Assembly (NCBI RefSeq): GCF_964213995.1
Contig: NC_135818.1
Location: forward strand, 68,262,001 to 68,326,000
DNA length: 64,000 nt
Direction: 5' to 3'
Source: Mustelus asterias
Lineage: Eukaryota
Part shown: positions 63,015 to 64,000 of the stretch, one piece after another
Layout of the letters: the number at the start of each line of letters is the position of its first letter
How positions within the stretch are numbered: position 1 is the stretch's first letter
Position numbers and translations under genes: made by a program
Notes under the pieces: generated by a model
What the model saw: only the letters and a program-made list of their open reading frames with translations
The model's database searches: none
What the model was told of the DNA's origin: nothing

Positions 63015-64000
63015 CTCAAGGAAGCAAGCTGTTTTGCCGAAAAGAAAACAGTAGTATGCCTGCGTCAGATGTCATATACGCTATTCTAAATTAGAAGAAA
63101 AGTCTCAAAAGAAGGCACAGGTCCTGTTTGGTAATTGCTGGATTTGACTCAGTGTTAGAACCTATGGGATGTTGTTTTGGGGAAGGTGTATTCACAGAGT
63201 TTAGGAAAATAGATACATTTAAATTGGGAGGTAATTTAAGTATATTCTCTGAATAACCATTATTGCTGTTAATTGTAAATGTTGTTCCTTAGTTTATAAA
63301 ATTATTTTGAATAATTTACAGCAAGATGTTTCTGTACCAGGTTTCATCTTTTTTCTGATTTTTTTCCAAATTGTAAAAATTAATAGTGAAGAAAAGGCAT
63401 TCCAAGTTTCCTTCCTGGGACTTGGGATGTCTTTGCTTTGAACATCAACCTGATTTATCACATACCCTTAAAGCCAAAGTTGCTGATGATGTAATTGTTT
63501 GTCAACCACCAAATCCCATTCTTAGCCTCTGCTGGAAAGAGGAATACAATAATGTGAGAAAACTACTTATCTTTCTGGAAGAAGGGCATTATGTACATAT
63601 TCAGTAGTCAAATTGGGAGGAGTCACTCATTTGCAGGATTAAGGGTCTTGTTTACTTGTTTATGAGATCGAAATCAAGAGGTGGCCTGGAATGATCAGGA
63701 CAAGTATGAAAGGGAAGGCGATAGGGGAAAAGACTAAAGAAATACCAGAAGTGTGCCATTTTTCAAAATTATATATAGAGAAAAATAATTCAGACCCAGC
63801 ATGGATTTCAAAAATGAAAATTGTGCTTGACAAACAGTTCTTTTGAGGTGACAGTACAAATGGGGACAGGCAGTGGATGTGATGTTAAAGATCAAGGGCC
63901 ACAGAGGATACCTTGGAGGACTGGAGTCCAAATTAGCAAAGTACAGAAATAGAAGGCATAGTAAACCTGAGGACCAAAGAACACTGCAAGGGGAAATTGC

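Noticed and set aside
62400-64000. CPSF2 coding exon
   Set aside because: No MTSIIKL-like start found; the sequence is intronic or TE-derived.

Overview
Eukaryotic, repeat-rich genomic DNA, most likely from a shark (HE1-type V-SINEs, CR1/HER1 LINEs, Deu-domain SINEs and Penelope fragments). It carries the ataxin-3 gene (ATXN3) on the minus strand. I reconstructed 11 exons by hand from 52842 to 16197, giving a 336-aa protein with an intact Josephin Cys/His/Asn triad and UIM1/UIM2, but no polyQ tract and no recognisable UIM3; exons 10 and 11 are less certain than exons 1-9. NDUFB1 (minus strand, 57 aa, two coding exons) follows, then a CpG island at about 61.4-61.95 kb that by vertebrate synteny should be the NDUFB1/CPSF2 bidirectional promoter (no CPSF2 coding sequence in the window). 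The most notable structures are: (1) minimal, dimer-type hammerhead ribozyme motifs inside Penelope-like inverted repeats, one sense to the ATXN3 pre-mRNA; (2) an old tandem duplication of the ATXN3 3' end that leaves a second, in-phase terminal exon; (3) a GC-AG intron, an exon-10 read-through tail resembling human ataxin-3a, and an overlapping uORF with hairpins at the ATXN3 start codon. Most ORFs in the supplied track are TE fragments or noise. Repeat boundaries were set by eye and are approximate.
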